Origin: an uncultured cyanobacterium
GTDB taxonomy: Bacteria; Cyanobacteriota; Cyanobacteriia; Cyanobacteriales; Cyanobacteriaceae
Reading direction: 5' to 3'
Assembly: GCA_963710605.1 (NCBI GenBank)
Contig: CAVQBA010000004.1
Location: 928,001-992,000, forward strand
Length of the DNA: 64,000 bases
This document shows, piece after piece, positions 31,328 to 42,976 of the stretch. The notes under the pieces are model-generated. The model made no database searches. It was not told the origin of the DNA and saw nothing but the letters and a program-made list of their open reading frames with translations. The stretch's first letter is position 1. Every line of letters starts with the position of its first letter. The position numbers were made by a program, and so were the translations under genes.

Positions 31328-31587
31328 GTCGGTTGGGTTGAGCCTAATAAGCTAAGATATAAATAATCATCACAAAAGCCAAACCCAACAACCAACGTTC
31401 AAAATATTAAAAAGATTAATGATGGGTTACGGCACTCGTTAATAATAAATTGGTTGAAGTTGATAATGAATTAATGCCTAACCCATCCTACAAAAGCCGT
31501 AAAAGTTAGTGATGAGTTACGGCTAAATTGTTAATGAATAGGTTGAAGTTGATAATCAATAAAGCTATTACACATCCGACAAAAGCT
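31328..31587 (+). repeat. REPIN-like element copy 3 plus a tandem extra half unit
   Basis: GGTTGGGTTGAGCC..AACCCAAC, GATGGGTTACGGC..GCCTAACCCATCCTAC, then a GATGAGTTACGGC repeat. Confidence 0.75.
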
Positions 31588-31598
31588 AAAAAGAGATA

Positions 31599-33260
31599 TT
31601 ATTTAAGTTGCTTTTCCGAGATTTTTAAACGAATTAACGATCGCACTAGCAACAAAGTAAATAACCCTGTCAAACCAAACAAAATAAACGCCCACGGGCG
31701 ATAAACTGTCGTCACTAAAAGAATCGCTCCAATTAAAGAAAAACCAGTCAGGCAGGTATAGATAAGAGCTTTAAGAGCCATTACGATCGTCTTTTTAAGT
31801 AGTTCAGCTTCTAATGAACGTACTCTAACTTGTAACTCACCTGTTTCTAATTTATTTTGTAAGTTTCTACTCATGGTTTGAAAACGAAATGATTTACCTA
31901 ATTGTTGTTTAACTAAAAGTTTACCTTGACGAGCCAAAATTAAGACTAAATTTGCTTTAGGGGTTGTTTTGGTCAAATTACTCACAAATGGTTGACTTGC
32001 CGCAATTAAACTGTACTGAGGATCTAAATTACGAGCGATACCATCAAGAGTTGTTAAGGCTTTGATGATAAATGTTAATTGAGCAGGTAAACGAAAAGGT
32101 TGTTGCTCAAACATAATATATATTTCTGTACTAATTTCTTTAAATGCTTTGACATCAATGGGTTTGTCTAAAAAACGATTCAAAGAAAAACTAATCAAAC
32201 GTTTAAGAGGTGTTAAATCCGATTGAGGCTCGATTATACCCATATAAATCAACGATTCCAAAACTTGATCAGTATCTTTACGTAACATCGCAAAAAAAGT
32301 TTGTACCATTTGCTCTTGAGCCAACACTTGTACTTCTGTCATTGCCCCAAAATCGTAAAAAATGATATTTCCTCGTTTATTAACTGCCATATTACCAGGA
32401 TGAGGGTCAGATTGAAAAAAACCGTCTTCTAATAATTGTTTTAAATAAGAGCAAATTCCTAATTCAATTAAAGGGCGAATTGCTATTTTTTCTTTTAATA
32501 ATGTTTCTCGATCGTTTATTTTAATACCGGGTAAATATTCTAAGGTAAGAATTTTTTTAGTTGTATATTCCCAATAAACTTTAGGTACTAATATTTGGTT
32601 ATCATTTTGAAAATTAAGCCGAAAACGATCGGCATTTTCTCCTTCTTGTATATAATCTATTTCTGAAAATAGAATAGTAAAAAATTCTTGATAAATCTCT
32701 TTTAAATTATATTTTCTAACAGCAGGAACAAAGAAATTACTAAAATTGATTAATCTTTTCAAAACTTGAAAATCAAGATTAAATAATTCCTCTAAACCTT
32801 TGCGTTGTACCTTAACAACAACAATTTCTCCTGTAAACAATTTAGCTCGATGTACTTGCCCCAAACTAGCGGCGGCGATCGGGTTTTTTTCAATTTCTTG
32901 ATATATATTACCCAAATTCTTATTTAATTCACTTTCAATAAGTGCGATCGCTTCGATCGAATCAAAAGGAGGCACATTATCTTGTAACTTACTTAATTCA
33001 TTGACATATTCAACAGGAATCAAATCAGGGCGAGTAGATAAAGCTTGACCAATTTTAATGAAAGTTGGCCCTAAATAAATCAATTTAGTAACTAACCATT
33101 TAGCACGTAAAGACGATCGTAAACTATTATTTTTACGTAAAACAAAATCGCTGAATAAAAAAAAGGCAAATTGTGAAACCGTAGATGTAATCTGCCATTG
33201 ACGGAGAAATAGCGTAGATTTAGTGCGTTTCCAAGAAAGATTAGACTTAATTGCTATCAT
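31599..33260 (-). CDS. AarF/ABC1/UbiB family atypical kinase
   Basis: LGPTFIKIGQ.LSTRPD, AAASLGQVH, VVKVQR, DPHPGN, YDFG. Confidence 0.93.
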   Translation of the reverse strand: MIAIKSNLSWKRTKSTLFLRQWQITSTVSQFAFFLFSDFVLRKNNSLRSSLRAKWLVTKLIYLGPTFIKIGQALSTRPDLIPVEYVNELSKLQDNVPPFDSIEAIALIESELNKNLGNIYQEIEKNPIAAASLGQVHRAKLFTGEIVVVKVQRKGLEELFNLDFQVLKRLINFSNFFVPAVRKYNLKEIYQEFFTILFSEIDYIQEGENADRFRLNFQNDNQILVPKVYWEYTTKKILTLEYLPGIKINDRETLLKEKIAIRPLIELGICSYLKQLLEDGFFQSDPHPGNMAVNKRGNIIFYDFGAMTEVQVLAQEQMVQTFFAMLRKDTDQVLESLIYMGIIEPQSDLTPLKRLISFSLNRFLDKPIDVKAFKEISTEIYIMFEQQPFRLPAQLTFIIKALTTLDGIARNLDPQYSLIAASQPFVSNLTKTTPKANLVLILARQGKLLVKQQLGKSFRFQTMSRNLQNKLETGELQVRVRSLEAELLKKTIVMALKALIYTCLTGFSLIGAILLVTTVYRPWAFILFGLTGLFTLLLVRSLIRLKISEKQLK

Positions 33261-34581
33261 TCATTAATAAAGGAAAAGTAATAGTAAAAGTATTTAAATA
33301 ATCATCAGATTGTGCAACTAGATTACTAGAAACTTTAATTTCTCCCCGTAAATTATGTACCAAAGATTCAACTAAAGCCAATCCTAATCCCGTACCACTG
33401 TTTGTCACGTTTTCTACGTGTTTACCTTGGTAAAACGGTTGAAAAATGTTTTCAAGTTCATCAATCGGAATTGCAACACCACGATTACTAATCTTAATAA
33501 TCGTATCAGATTGTTGAGTATATATCTTCAAGATAATATCCGTTGCTGGGACAGAATGTTTAACAGCGTTAGTAATCAATTCTTGAATAATTAATTTTAA
33601 ACTATTAAAATCAGTATAAAGATATTTTTTTTGATTTTCAATAATTAGTTTTTTTTGTTGATAGTGTAACTCTTGAGAAAAAGTATTATAAAATTCATCT
33701 AATAAAGGTTTTAAATCAATTCTTTTTGGTTCGATTGTTAATTGATTAGACTGTAATTCTTGTAATTTTAAAAGATTATTAACTAAATTAATTTCCTTTT
33801 CGCATTCATCATCCAAAATATTAACATAACGAATTAATTTTTTTTCCTTATTCACTAACTTAAGCATTTTTATACCCATTTTCATGTTAGAAAGAGGAGT
33901 TTTTAAAGCATCACTCAAGCTAGCAATAAACTCATCCTTAATTCGATTAACTCTTTCTAATTCTTCTAAATAATTACGTAATTTCTGTCCTAACTTTGCT
34001 TGTACATCTAAACTCACTTGTAATTGAGCGGTACGCTCATCAACTAAAGATTGTACTTTACCGATCGTTTTTTGGTTAATAAAAGTAGAAGTAATTTGTT
34101 TCGCCATCCACCTACCCGTTTCTATCTCGCCAATGTGCCAACGTCGAGACTTGTAATTTTGCATGACTAATAAACCCAAAACTAAAGGTTTATACTGACT
34201 TTCTACTTTTTGCGTACATAAAGGAATAATTAATAAAGATTTCAAATGATCTCCATTAAAAACAGTCTGTATTTCTAAATCACTATCTAACTTATCCAGT
34301 TGTGATTTATTACTAATTTTAACTATCTGTGGTGCTTTTTTCCATCCATGTACAGTTAAACATGATTGAGATAATGAATAAGAACAAGAAATATTCGATA
34401 AATGATCGTTAGTCTCATTACTTTTGTGCCAATCATAGACAACTTCTACCGTTGCTTGAGGAATCAAAGACGAAGATATGTTACGAAAAAAAGTTTTATA
34501 TCTAAATTTTAATAATAAAAGACGATCGATTTTTAAAATTTTAGCCGTATTGGCAATATCAGAATCAAAGATGTCATCCAT
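33247..34581 (-). CDS. GAF-domain sensor histidine kinase-like protein (H-box His replaced by Asp)
   Basis: KDEFIASLSDALKTPL, ELITNAVKH, IFQPFY, GTGLGLA. Confidence 0.8.
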   Translation of the reverse strand: MDDIFDSDIANTAKILKIDRLLLLKFRYKTFFRNISSSLIPQATVEVVYDWHKSNETNDHLSNISCSYSLSQSCLTVHGWKKAPQIVKISNKSQLDKLDSDLEIQTVFNGDHLKSLLIIPLCTQKVESQYKPLVLGLLVMQNYKSRRWHIGEIETGRWMAKQITSTFINQKTIGKVQSLVDERTAQLQVSLDVQAKLGQKLRNYLEELERVNRIKDEFIASLSDALKTPLSNMKMGIKMLKLVNKEKKLIRYVNILDDECEKEINLVNNLLKLQELQSNQLTIEPKRIDLKPLLDEFYNTFSQELHYQQKKLIIENQKKYLYTDFNSLKLIIQELITNAVKHSVPATDIILKIYTQQSDTIIKISNRGVAIPIDELENIFQPFYQGKHVENVTNSGTGLGLALVESLVHNLRGEIKVSSNLVAQSDDYLNTFTITFPLLMNDSN

Positions 34582-34752
34582 ATTAAAGAAGCATTGTTTG
34601 AGTCGCTTAACTATTAATTATATCTAAGTATCAAAATAGTTAACCAATCAAGAACAAATAATTATCATCAGCCATTTATTCAAGAGTAAAAAGTATTAGC
34701 TATCAATTATCGATCGAGGTCAGATGATAACCATAAAAATAAAAAACCACAG

Positions 34753-34788
34753 CAAAAAACACCCCCAGTTTAACTGAGAGTGCTTTTT
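34753..34788 (-). terminator. Intrinsic terminator downstream of psbA
   Basis: AAAAAACACCCCCAGTT-TAACTGAGAGTGCTTTTT hairpin with flanking A/T runs. Confidence 0.6.
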
Positions 34789-34842
34789 GAGATTGCGTTA
34801 TTTAATTGTTATTTCAATTTAAATCACAAATCATTTGATTAA

Positions 34843-35913
34843 TTAGCTGTTGATTACAGGTGCTGTAACCACATCTGCGGAGGCTAAATCTAAGGGGAAG
34901 TTGTGTGCATTACGTTCGTGCATTACTTCGATACCGATGTTAGCACGGTTTAATACGTCTGCCCATGTTCCGATTACGTGACCTTGGCTATCTAAGATTG
35001 ATTGGTTAAAGTTAAAACCGTTCAAGTTGAATGCCATGGTGCTGACTCCCATTGCTGTGAACCAAATACCAATCACTGGCCATGCTCCTAAGAAGAAGTG
35101 TAAGGCACGTGAGTTGTTAAATGACGCATATTGGAAGATTAAACGACCAAAGTAACCATGTGCGGCTACGATGTTGTAGGTTTCTTCTTCTTGACCAAAT
35201 TTGTAACCGTAGTTTTGTGATTCGGTTTCAGTTGTTTCACGAACTAATGAAGAAGTTACGAGTGAACCGTGCATTGCGGAAAATAATGATCCACCAAATA
35301 CACCTGCTACACCTAACATATGAAATGGGTGCATTAAGATGTTATGCTCTGCTTGGAATACGAACATAAAGTTGAATGTTCCGCTGATTCCTAAAGGCAT
35401 ACCATCAGAGAATGAACCTTGACCAATAGGGTAGATTAAGAATACTGCTGTTGCCGCAGATACAGGAGCAGAATATGCTACACAGATCCAAGGACGCATT
35501 CCTAAACGGTAGGATAATTCCCACTGACGACCCATATAACAGAAGATTCCGATTAAGAAATGGAATACGACTAATTGGTAAGGACCACCATTGTATAACC
35601 ATTCGTCTAATGATGCTGCTTCCCAGATTGGGTAGAAGTGAAGACCAATAGCGTTGGAACTAGGGACAACTGCACCAGAAATGATGTTGTTGCCATAAAG
35701 TAATGAACCGGCTACTGGCTCACGAATACCGTCAATATCTACAGGAGGTGCTGCGATGAAGGCGATAATGAAACAAGTGGTTGCAGTTAAAAGACAAGGG
35801 ATCATCAAAGTACCGAACCAACCGACATATAGACGGTTGTTGGTTGATGTGATCCACTGACAAAACTGTTCCCATGCAGATGACTGCTGTTGTTGTTGTA
35901 AAGTGGTTGTCAT
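34843..35913 (-). CDS. psbA: Photosystem II D1 protein (Gln130 form)
   Basis: Unambiguous D1 sequence: [31 protein letters not shown]. Confidence 0.99.
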   Translation of the reverse strand: MTTTLQQQQQSSAWEQFCQWITSTNNRLYVGWFGTLMIPCLLTATTCFIIAFIAAPPVDIDGIREPVAGSLLYGNNIISGAVVPSSNAIGLHFYPIWEAASLDEWLYNGGPYQLVVFHFLIGIFCYMGRQWELSYRLGMRPWICVAYSAPVSAATAVFLIYPIGQGSFSDGMPLGISGTFNFMFVFQAEHNILMHPFHMLGVAGVFGGSLFSAMHGSLVTSSLVRETTETESQNYGYKFGQEEETYNIVAAHGYFGRLIFQYASFNNSRALHFFLGAWPVIGIWFTAMGVSTMAFNLNGFNFNQSILDSQGHVIGTWADVLNRANIGIEVMHERNAHNFPLDLASADVVTAPVINS

Positions 35914-36029
35914 ATTTATTATGATTGCGATTAAATTTTCAAGGTACGATCTGTTTCGGTTTGCCGAAGTTCAGATTACATCAAACGATCGAATCAGATA
36001 TTGATTGGTTTCGTTTGGCGTATATACAT

Positions 36030-36058
36030 ATAATAACAACTATATTGAGTTTTGTAAA
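36030..36058 (-). promoter_or_regulatory. psbA promoter, -35 TTTACA / 17 nt / -10 TATTAT
   Basis: Read on the minus strand; matches the typical cyanobacterial psbA promoter layout. Confidence 0.65.
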
Positions 36059-36329
36059 GGATTCTCAGTTTACTCTTTGTTATCTGAGTGATAAGTTTTG
36101 CTTAATCTAAATTATAGACCTATTAATATAGATGTTTATAAAAATTGAGAAAGCATCTATATACATCTATATAGATAATTAATTTAATGGTCAAACTTTA
36201 AACATCTTAGAGAGTACAATTACAGTCAATCAATTTGTGGTTTAAGTTAAAGACTTTTGGTAAGGTCTTCTTACTGCCATTTGTGATAAAGTAATAATTA
36301 ATCAATCAAGCTCAAACAAACCAGCATTC

Positions 36330-36581
36330 ATGGATACTATCTTAAATGTAGAAAACTTAGACTTAGAAACAATAATTACAGCTGTTTTATATTTAAGTTT
36401 AAGTGGTATTTACTTATTAATAATTCCCGGTCTTGTTTATTTCTATTTGAATAAACGTTGGTATGTAGCTAGTTCATTTGAACGTGCCTTTATGTACTTT
36501 ATGGTTTTCTTCTCTTTTCCCGGAATGTTATTGCTTAGCCCTTTTCTCAACTTCCGCCCTCGTCGTCGGGAATTAAGTTAA
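36330..36581 (+). CDS. ndhL: NDH-1 subunit L
   Basis: YL..RWYVASSFER.FMYF.VF..FPG.LLLSPFLNFRP. Confidence 0.93.
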   Translation: MDTILNVENLDLETIITAVLYLSLSGIYLLIIPGLVYFYLNKRWYVASSFERAFMYFMVFFSFPGMLLLSPFLNFRPRRRELS

Positions 36582-36638
36582 GATAAGAATCTAATCAATC
36601 CACAATTAAATCAATACCAAAAATAATAATTATTAATT

Positions 36639-36932
36639 ATGAGAAGAATTGATGCAATTCTCATTGCCCTAGGGGTGTTTGTAACTGGTGGGGTAATTTA
36701 TTTTGTCCTACAACTTTTTGGTTTGTCAACTCAATCAGCAGGAATTTGGAGTCAAGTTTTTTTAGTATCTTCTGTGGTTATCGGTTGGGTTTCTACTTAT
36801 TTTTTCCGTGTATTTACCAATCAAATGACTTACCATAAGCAAGTCAAAGATTATGATGATGCTTTTTTTGCTAAACAGCTAGAAAAAATGTCCCCTGAAG
36901 AAATAGAAAAACTAATGTCCGAGACAGAATAA
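36639..36932 (+). CDS. DUF3007 family membrane protein
   Basis: MRRIDA, AGIWSQ, W..TY.FRV....MTY..Q; conserved ndhL-DUF3007-trpA order. Confidence 0.85.
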   Translation: MRRIDAILIALGVFVTGGVIYFVLQLFGLSTQSAGIWSQVFLVSSVVIGWVSTYFFRVFTNQMTYHKQVKDYDDAFFAKQLEKMSPEEIEKLMSETE

Positions 36933-36997
36933 AATAAAATTGATAATTGATATCTTTCATTATTAATTATTCATTATTAATTATTCATTATTCAAAT

Positions 36998-37795
36998 ATG
37001 ACTTCCGTTTCTCAGCGTTTTGCTCAATTAAAACAAAAATCTGAATGTGGTTTAATTCCTTTTATCACAGCAGGAGACCCCGATTTAGATACTACAGTTG
37101 AAGCGATTAGAACTTTGGCGAAAAATGGTGCAGATATTATCGAGTTAGGTGTGCCTTATTCTGATCCTTTAGCTGATGGCCCTGTTATTCAAGCGGCGGC
37201 TACCCGTGCTTTAAATAAAGGTGTGTGTTTAGATGATGTCCTCAAAATAGTTAAAAGTATTGAAACCGAGATTGATGTACCGATCGTTTTATTTACTTAC
37301 TATAATCCAATTTATTATCGAGGTGCAGACAAGTTTCTCAAGACGATCGCAACGGCAGGAGTAAAGGGATTAGTCGTTCCTGATTTACCTTTAGAAGAAG
37401 CGGCTAGTTTTCTTGATTTAGCTCAAAAACATAGTATTGAAGTAACTTTACTTGTCGCTCCTACTAGCCCAATCGAACGGATTAAAGAAATAGCTAGTCA
37501 TTCTCAAGGTTTTATCTATTTAGTAAGCGTTACAGGTGTTACAGGAGTGAGAACACAAGTAGAAAGTAGAGTCCAAGAATTAATTCAACAATTAAAGCAA
37601 GTAACTGATAAACCTATTGGTGTTGGTTTTGGTATATCTGAGCCAGAACAAGCGATGCAGATTAAAGACTGGGGTGCAGATGCTGTAATTGTGGGTAGTG
37701 CTTTTGTCAAAAAATTAGCTCATGATAACCCAACTGATGCTTTACAGGTTGTTGGTGAATTTTGTCAGACTCTTAAACGGGCGGTTAATAATTAA
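36998..37795 (+). CDS. trpA: Tryptophan synthase alpha subunit
   Basis: [30 protein letters not shown]. Confidence 0.96.
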   Translation: MTSVSQRFAQLKQKSECGLIPFITAGDPDLDTTVEAIRTLAKNGADIIELGVPYSDPLADGPVIQAAATRALNKGVCLDDVLKIVKSIETEIDVPIVLFTYYNPIYYRGADKFLKTIATAGVKGLVVPDLPLEEAASFLDLAQKHSIEVTLLVAPTSPIERIKEIASHSQGFIYLVSVTGVTGVRTQVESRVQELIQQLKQVTDKPIGVGFGISEPEQAMQIKDWGADAVIVGSAFVKKLAHDNPTDALQVVGEFCQTLKRAVNN

Positions 37796-38040
37796 TCAAT
37801 AAAGGTTATTATTACTTTTTGGGTTGCCAAATTTAGAGTAAATTGCTAATAATAATTGACTAATAACTAATTTATATTTCGGTTCAAATAATAATCGTTT
37901 ATTTTTTTGAACTGTAAAAATATTGATAACTAACAACACATTTTGTTAAATTTTATTTATTTTTGGTTAATGTCTTGTATGCTATGTAATCTATATAAAT
38001 TATCAATTTTTAAATTAGCAATTAATCAGATTTAATCCAG

Positions 38041-39148
<1,108 letters not shown>

Positions 39149-39254
39149 ATTATTTGAGTAATAAAAAAATAATAATTAAAAATAGAAAATGTATAATACA
39201 AAATAGAGAATCTAGAATAATTTTTTGACTTGTTGTTTGTGAGCAATTCTCTAT

Positions 39255-39455
39255 TATAGGAATTATCACCATTATGAAATACAAAGAAATCCCCCTAAAT
39301 CCCCATCCCCCTTGCCACGGGGCTTACAAGCACCTGAAATCAATTCAGGTGACAGCCCCTCCCCTTCGTAAGGGGGAAATTTAAGGATGCTTCGCTTTTA
39401 TTTCTTGGGACTTATTGATCATTAACTGTACCTCACAAGTCTGGGAAACGCTATA
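39255..39455 (+). mobile_element. TATAG...GCTATA mini element with nested 39-bp hairpin insert (39320-39358)
   Basis: Ends match the 50405 copy; insert differs by 1 nt from the one at 13374. Confidence 0.7.
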
Positions 39456-39485
39456 TCTTTTTTTTATAACTATTATTTATCAATT

Positions 39486-39944
39486 ATGATTTTAAAAACT
39501 ATTGTTTATTCTTCTTTGTTACTTGCTAGTAGTAGCTTTTATTGGTTTTCAACAAATACCATCAATGCCCAAACTCCTCCTGCTCAAACTTATCAACCTG
39601 GATTTTGGCAACCTGTAGCCAGAGTCGATCTCGATCGTCCGATTACAATAAATTTGATTAACGAAACAGGTATTATGATCGATTACGCTATGACTAATAT
39701 TGAAAATGAACCAGTGAGGATTGAGCCTGAACAAACCACTGTTTTAGATAATGTACAACCATCTTTATATATGGTAGTTTACCCTGATAGCACAGATCCT
39801 GATAGCTCCCGCATTTATTTGAAATATGAGGTTGAAGTTACGGAAGAAAATATTGTCGAAGTGAGAATTAAAACTACAGAAGATGGTATTCAAAGTAATC
39901 GTACTTTCAATTTACAAGATACGGGAGCTATTTATCTTTATTAA
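39486..39944 (+). CDS. Conserved secreted hypothetical protein
   Basis: Signal peptide; YQPGFWQPVARVD motif. Confidence 0.7.
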   Translation: MILKTIVYSSLLLASSSFYWFSTNTINAQTPPAQTYQPGFWQPVARVDLDRPITINLINETGIMIDYAMTNIENEPVRIEPEQTTVLDNVQPSLYMVVYPDSTDPDSSRIYLKYEVEVTEENIVEVRIKTTEDGIQSNRTFNLQDTGAIYLY

Positions 39945-40030
39945 ATAATTCCCCCTTTCACGGCACTTGATAGCGAATAAAGAATAGTGAAAAACTAATT
40001 CTGTGACATTTAACCCCTAATCACGAATAC

Positions 40031-41017
40031 CTAATTATTTTTGTGTCGAGATTGATGCCATTGCCAAGCATGACGGATAATAGTTTCAATCTCAGCATAT
40101 TTTGGTTGCCAGCCTAAAATCCTTTGTGCTTTTTCACTACTACCGACTAACATAGGAGGATCACCAGGACGACGATCGCCATTTTTAACGGTAAAATCGA
40201 TCTCAGTCACTTTCTTCGCCGCCGCAATTACTTCTTTAACCGAAAATCCATTACCATTACCCAAATTAAAGACATCACTTTTGCCCCCTTCGAGTAAATA
40301 TTCTAAACCGAGCAAATGACCTTGAGCCAAATCTTCTACATGGATATAATCTCGAATACAAGTGCCATCAGGTGTCGGATAGTCATCGCCCAAAATAGAA
40401 ATAGCCGATCGTTTACCTAATGCTGCATATAAAATTAAAGGAATTAAATGAGGTTCAGGATCATGATCTTCACCAATCAAACCATCAGCCGATGCACCTG
40501 CTGCGTTAAAGTAACGGAAAGCGACATATTCCCAATTGTAAGCCCTCTGAAAATCAGCTAAGATATTTTCTACCACTAACTTAGTATAACCGTAAGTATT
40601 GATAGGTTTTTGTGGATGTGTCTCAGTTAAAAGATTTTGTTCAGGAACACCATAAGTTGCACAAGTGGAAGAAAAGACAATATTTTTTACCCCTGCATTT
40701 TCCATCGCTTCTAACAAGTTAAGAGTATAAACAACATTGTTACGATAATATTTAGCAGGATTACTCATCGACTCACCTACATAAGCATAAGCCGCAAAAT
40801 GAATCACAGCTTCGATATCATGTTCAGCGAATATTTGATCTAACAATTGTCGATCGCTTAAATCTCCTTGAATGAAAGGAACATTTAATTTTTTGATTAT
40901 ATCCTCATGTCCATAAACCAAATTATCAAACACTAATAGCTCATAACCTTTACTTTGTAACAACTTAACCGTATGAGAGCCGATATAACCTGCACCGCCA
41001 GTAACTAAAATACTCAT
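40031..41017 (-). CDS. galE: UDP-glucose 4-epimerase
   Basis: TGGAGYIGSH, FSSTCATYG, YGYTK, RYFNAAGA, DGTCIRDYIHV. Confidence 0.95.
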   Translation of the reverse strand: MSILVTGGAGYIGSHTVKLLQSKGYELLVFDNLVYGHEDIIKKLNVPFIQGDLSDRQLLDQIFAEHDIEAVIHFAAYAYVGESMSNPAKYYRNNVVYTLNLLEAMENAGVKNIVFSSTCATYGVPEQNLLTETHPQKPINTYGYTKLVVENILADFQRAYNWEYVAFRYFNAAGASADGLIGEDHDPEPHLIPLILYAALGKRSAISILGDDYPTPDGTCIRDYIHVEDLAQGHLLGLEYLLEGGKSDVFNLGNGNGFSVKEVIAAAKKVTEIDFTVKNGDRRPGDPPMLVGSSEKAQRILGWQPKYAEIETIIRHAWQWHQSRHKNN

Positions 41018-41544
41018 AAAAAACTTAATTTTTGTAAATAAAACTTGTCAAAAAGACTTAAATATAATACTAAAAAGCATTATAAATTATATAGGTCAAA
41101 TTATTAGTCAAATCGCTCAAGAAAATTAATTTGACGTTTTTAAAGAAGGAAAATAATTAATCATGAATATACATTGTTGTGTGGAAGTAACTATTAGATT
41201 ATCTTTTCAAAAATTAAACATCTAACAGCTATTAAGTGAGAAAGCTATCTATGATAACGATTATAAAAGATCTATAAAAAAAAATTAAGCAAGAGATTAA
41301 GAAATATCATAATTATTTATCTTGTCAAACGTACCATGCTTGTTTATGCTTAATCTAGATAGATTTAAAATATCTCAAATTAGAGCCAATTTACTAATAA
41401 AGTATAAATACTTATCAAAAATCAAAATTAAGATAAACGATTGAGATTTTGAAAAATAAAAATGAGTAATAAAAATACTTTTTGTGAAGTACTTATAATT
41501 TGCCTTTTAAGTAAATTTATTAAAAATAGCCAAGGAACAAGAAA

Positions 41545-41856
41545 ATGCCAATTGCAGTAGGTATGATCGAGACACTAGGTTTCCCCGCTGTAGTGGAAGC
41601 CGCTGATGCGATGGTGAAAGCCGCTCGTGTTACTTTAGTCGGTTACGAAAAAATCGGTAGTGGTCGTGTTACCGTAATTATTCGTGGAGACGTATCTGAA
41701 GTACAAGCATCTGTAGCAGCTGGAATTGACGCAGCGAATAGAGTAAGTGGTGGTGAAGTGTTATCAACTCATATCATTGCTCGTCCACACGAAAACCTAG
41801 AATATGTACTACCAATTCGATACACAGAAGAAGTAGAACAATTCCGAAATTACTAG
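41545..41856 (+). CDS. ccmK2: Carboxysome shell hexamer CcmK (short, K2-type)
   Basis: [29 protein letters not shown], 103 aa. Confidence 0.9.
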   Translation: MPIAVGMIETLGFPAVVEAADAMVKAARVTLVGYEKIGSGRVTVIIRGDVSEVQASVAAGIDAANRVSGGEVLSTHIIARPHENLEYVLPIRYTEEVEQFRNY

Positions 41857-42163
41857 TTAAAAAAAATTATAAATTAAACCTTGGCAATCTTAATTTGTCA
41901 ATACAGGGGCAACATAGCAATAAACAAGCTATAAATTAAAAAAATTTTGATGATAACCCTGTTTTTAACCTTCGGAACAAAGGTTTTTACCTATCTTAAA
42001 AAAAGTAACTATCCAGTAAGGTTTTATACTAGCTTGAAAGGCTTTCTGATAAGATAGGAAATATGTTCATCTATATTTATTGTCAAGAGTTTCCCAGTTC
42101 GTGAAAGCTGGAAATTGATTGACTAACTTAATACTATCCGAAACAAAATATCCCGAAACTATT

Positions 42164-42505
42164 ATGTCAATTGCAGTAGGAATGGTCGAGACTTTAGGAT
42201 TTCCCGCAGTAGTGGAAGCCGCTGATGCGATGGTGAAAGCCGCTCGTGTTACCTTAGTCGGTTATGAAAAGATCGGTTCAGGTCGTGTTACAGTCATCGT
42301 CAGAGGTGATGTATCTGAGGTACAAGCATCTGTAGCCGCAGGAATTGAAAATGTAGGCAGAGTCAAAGGTGGACAAGTGTTATCACACCATATTATTGCT
42401 CGTCCGCACGAAAACTTAGAGTATGTATTACCAATTCGTTATACCGAAGAAGTAGAACAATTCAGAGAAAGTGTTAATCCTCGTCCGATAGGAAGACGTC
42501 CATAA
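42164..42505 (+). CDS. ccmK1: Carboxysome shell hexamer CcmK (C-terminally extended, K1-type)
   Basis: BMC domain with ~10-aa C-terminal extension; ATG at 42164. Confidence 0.9.
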   Translation: MSIAVGMVETLGFPAVVEAADAMVKAARVTLVGYEKIGSGRVTVIVRGDVSEVQASVAAGIENVGRVKGGQVLSHHIIARPHENLEYVLPIRYTEEVEQFRESVNPRPIGRRP

Positions 42506-42524
42506 TCACAGAAGAAGCTAATTA

Positions 42525-42833
42525 ATGCAAATTGCCAGAGTATGTGGAACGGTTGTCAGTACCCACAAATCAAGAACTTTAACAGGAGTAAAATTACTCC
42601 TAGTCGAGTTTTTGGATGCGGATGCAAATCCTCTATCTGAATATGAGGTAGCAGGAGATATTGTTGGTGCAGGAATTAACGAATGGGTTTTAGTTACCCG
42701 TGGTAGTTCAGCTCGTAAAGAAAGCGGACAAGAAGAACGTCCTGTTGATGCTATGATTGTCGGCATTATAGATACAGTGACGACCGGCTCTCAAACGCTG
42801 TATAGCAAAAGAGATACCGAAAGATTATATTAA
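42525..42833 (+). CDS. ccmL: Carboxysome pentamer CcmL
   Basis: MQIA.V.GTVVST.K, VGAG..EWVL..RGSSAR, DA.IVGIID. Confidence 0.95.
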   Translation: MQIARVCGTVVSTHKSRTLTGVKLLLVEFLDADANPLSEYEVAGDIVGAGINEWVLVTRGSSARKESGQEERPVDAMIVGIIDTVTTGSQTLYSKRDTERLY

Positions 42834-42976
42834 ATACTTTTCGTAACTATAGTAATTTGTAATTAATAATCTCAACAAACTAAATGTTGCAGGATAAATA
42901 AGAAAATAAATAACTAATTTTTATTCTTACTTAATTTTTCAACAATCAAATGAAATAATTATAGTGGAGGTTAATA

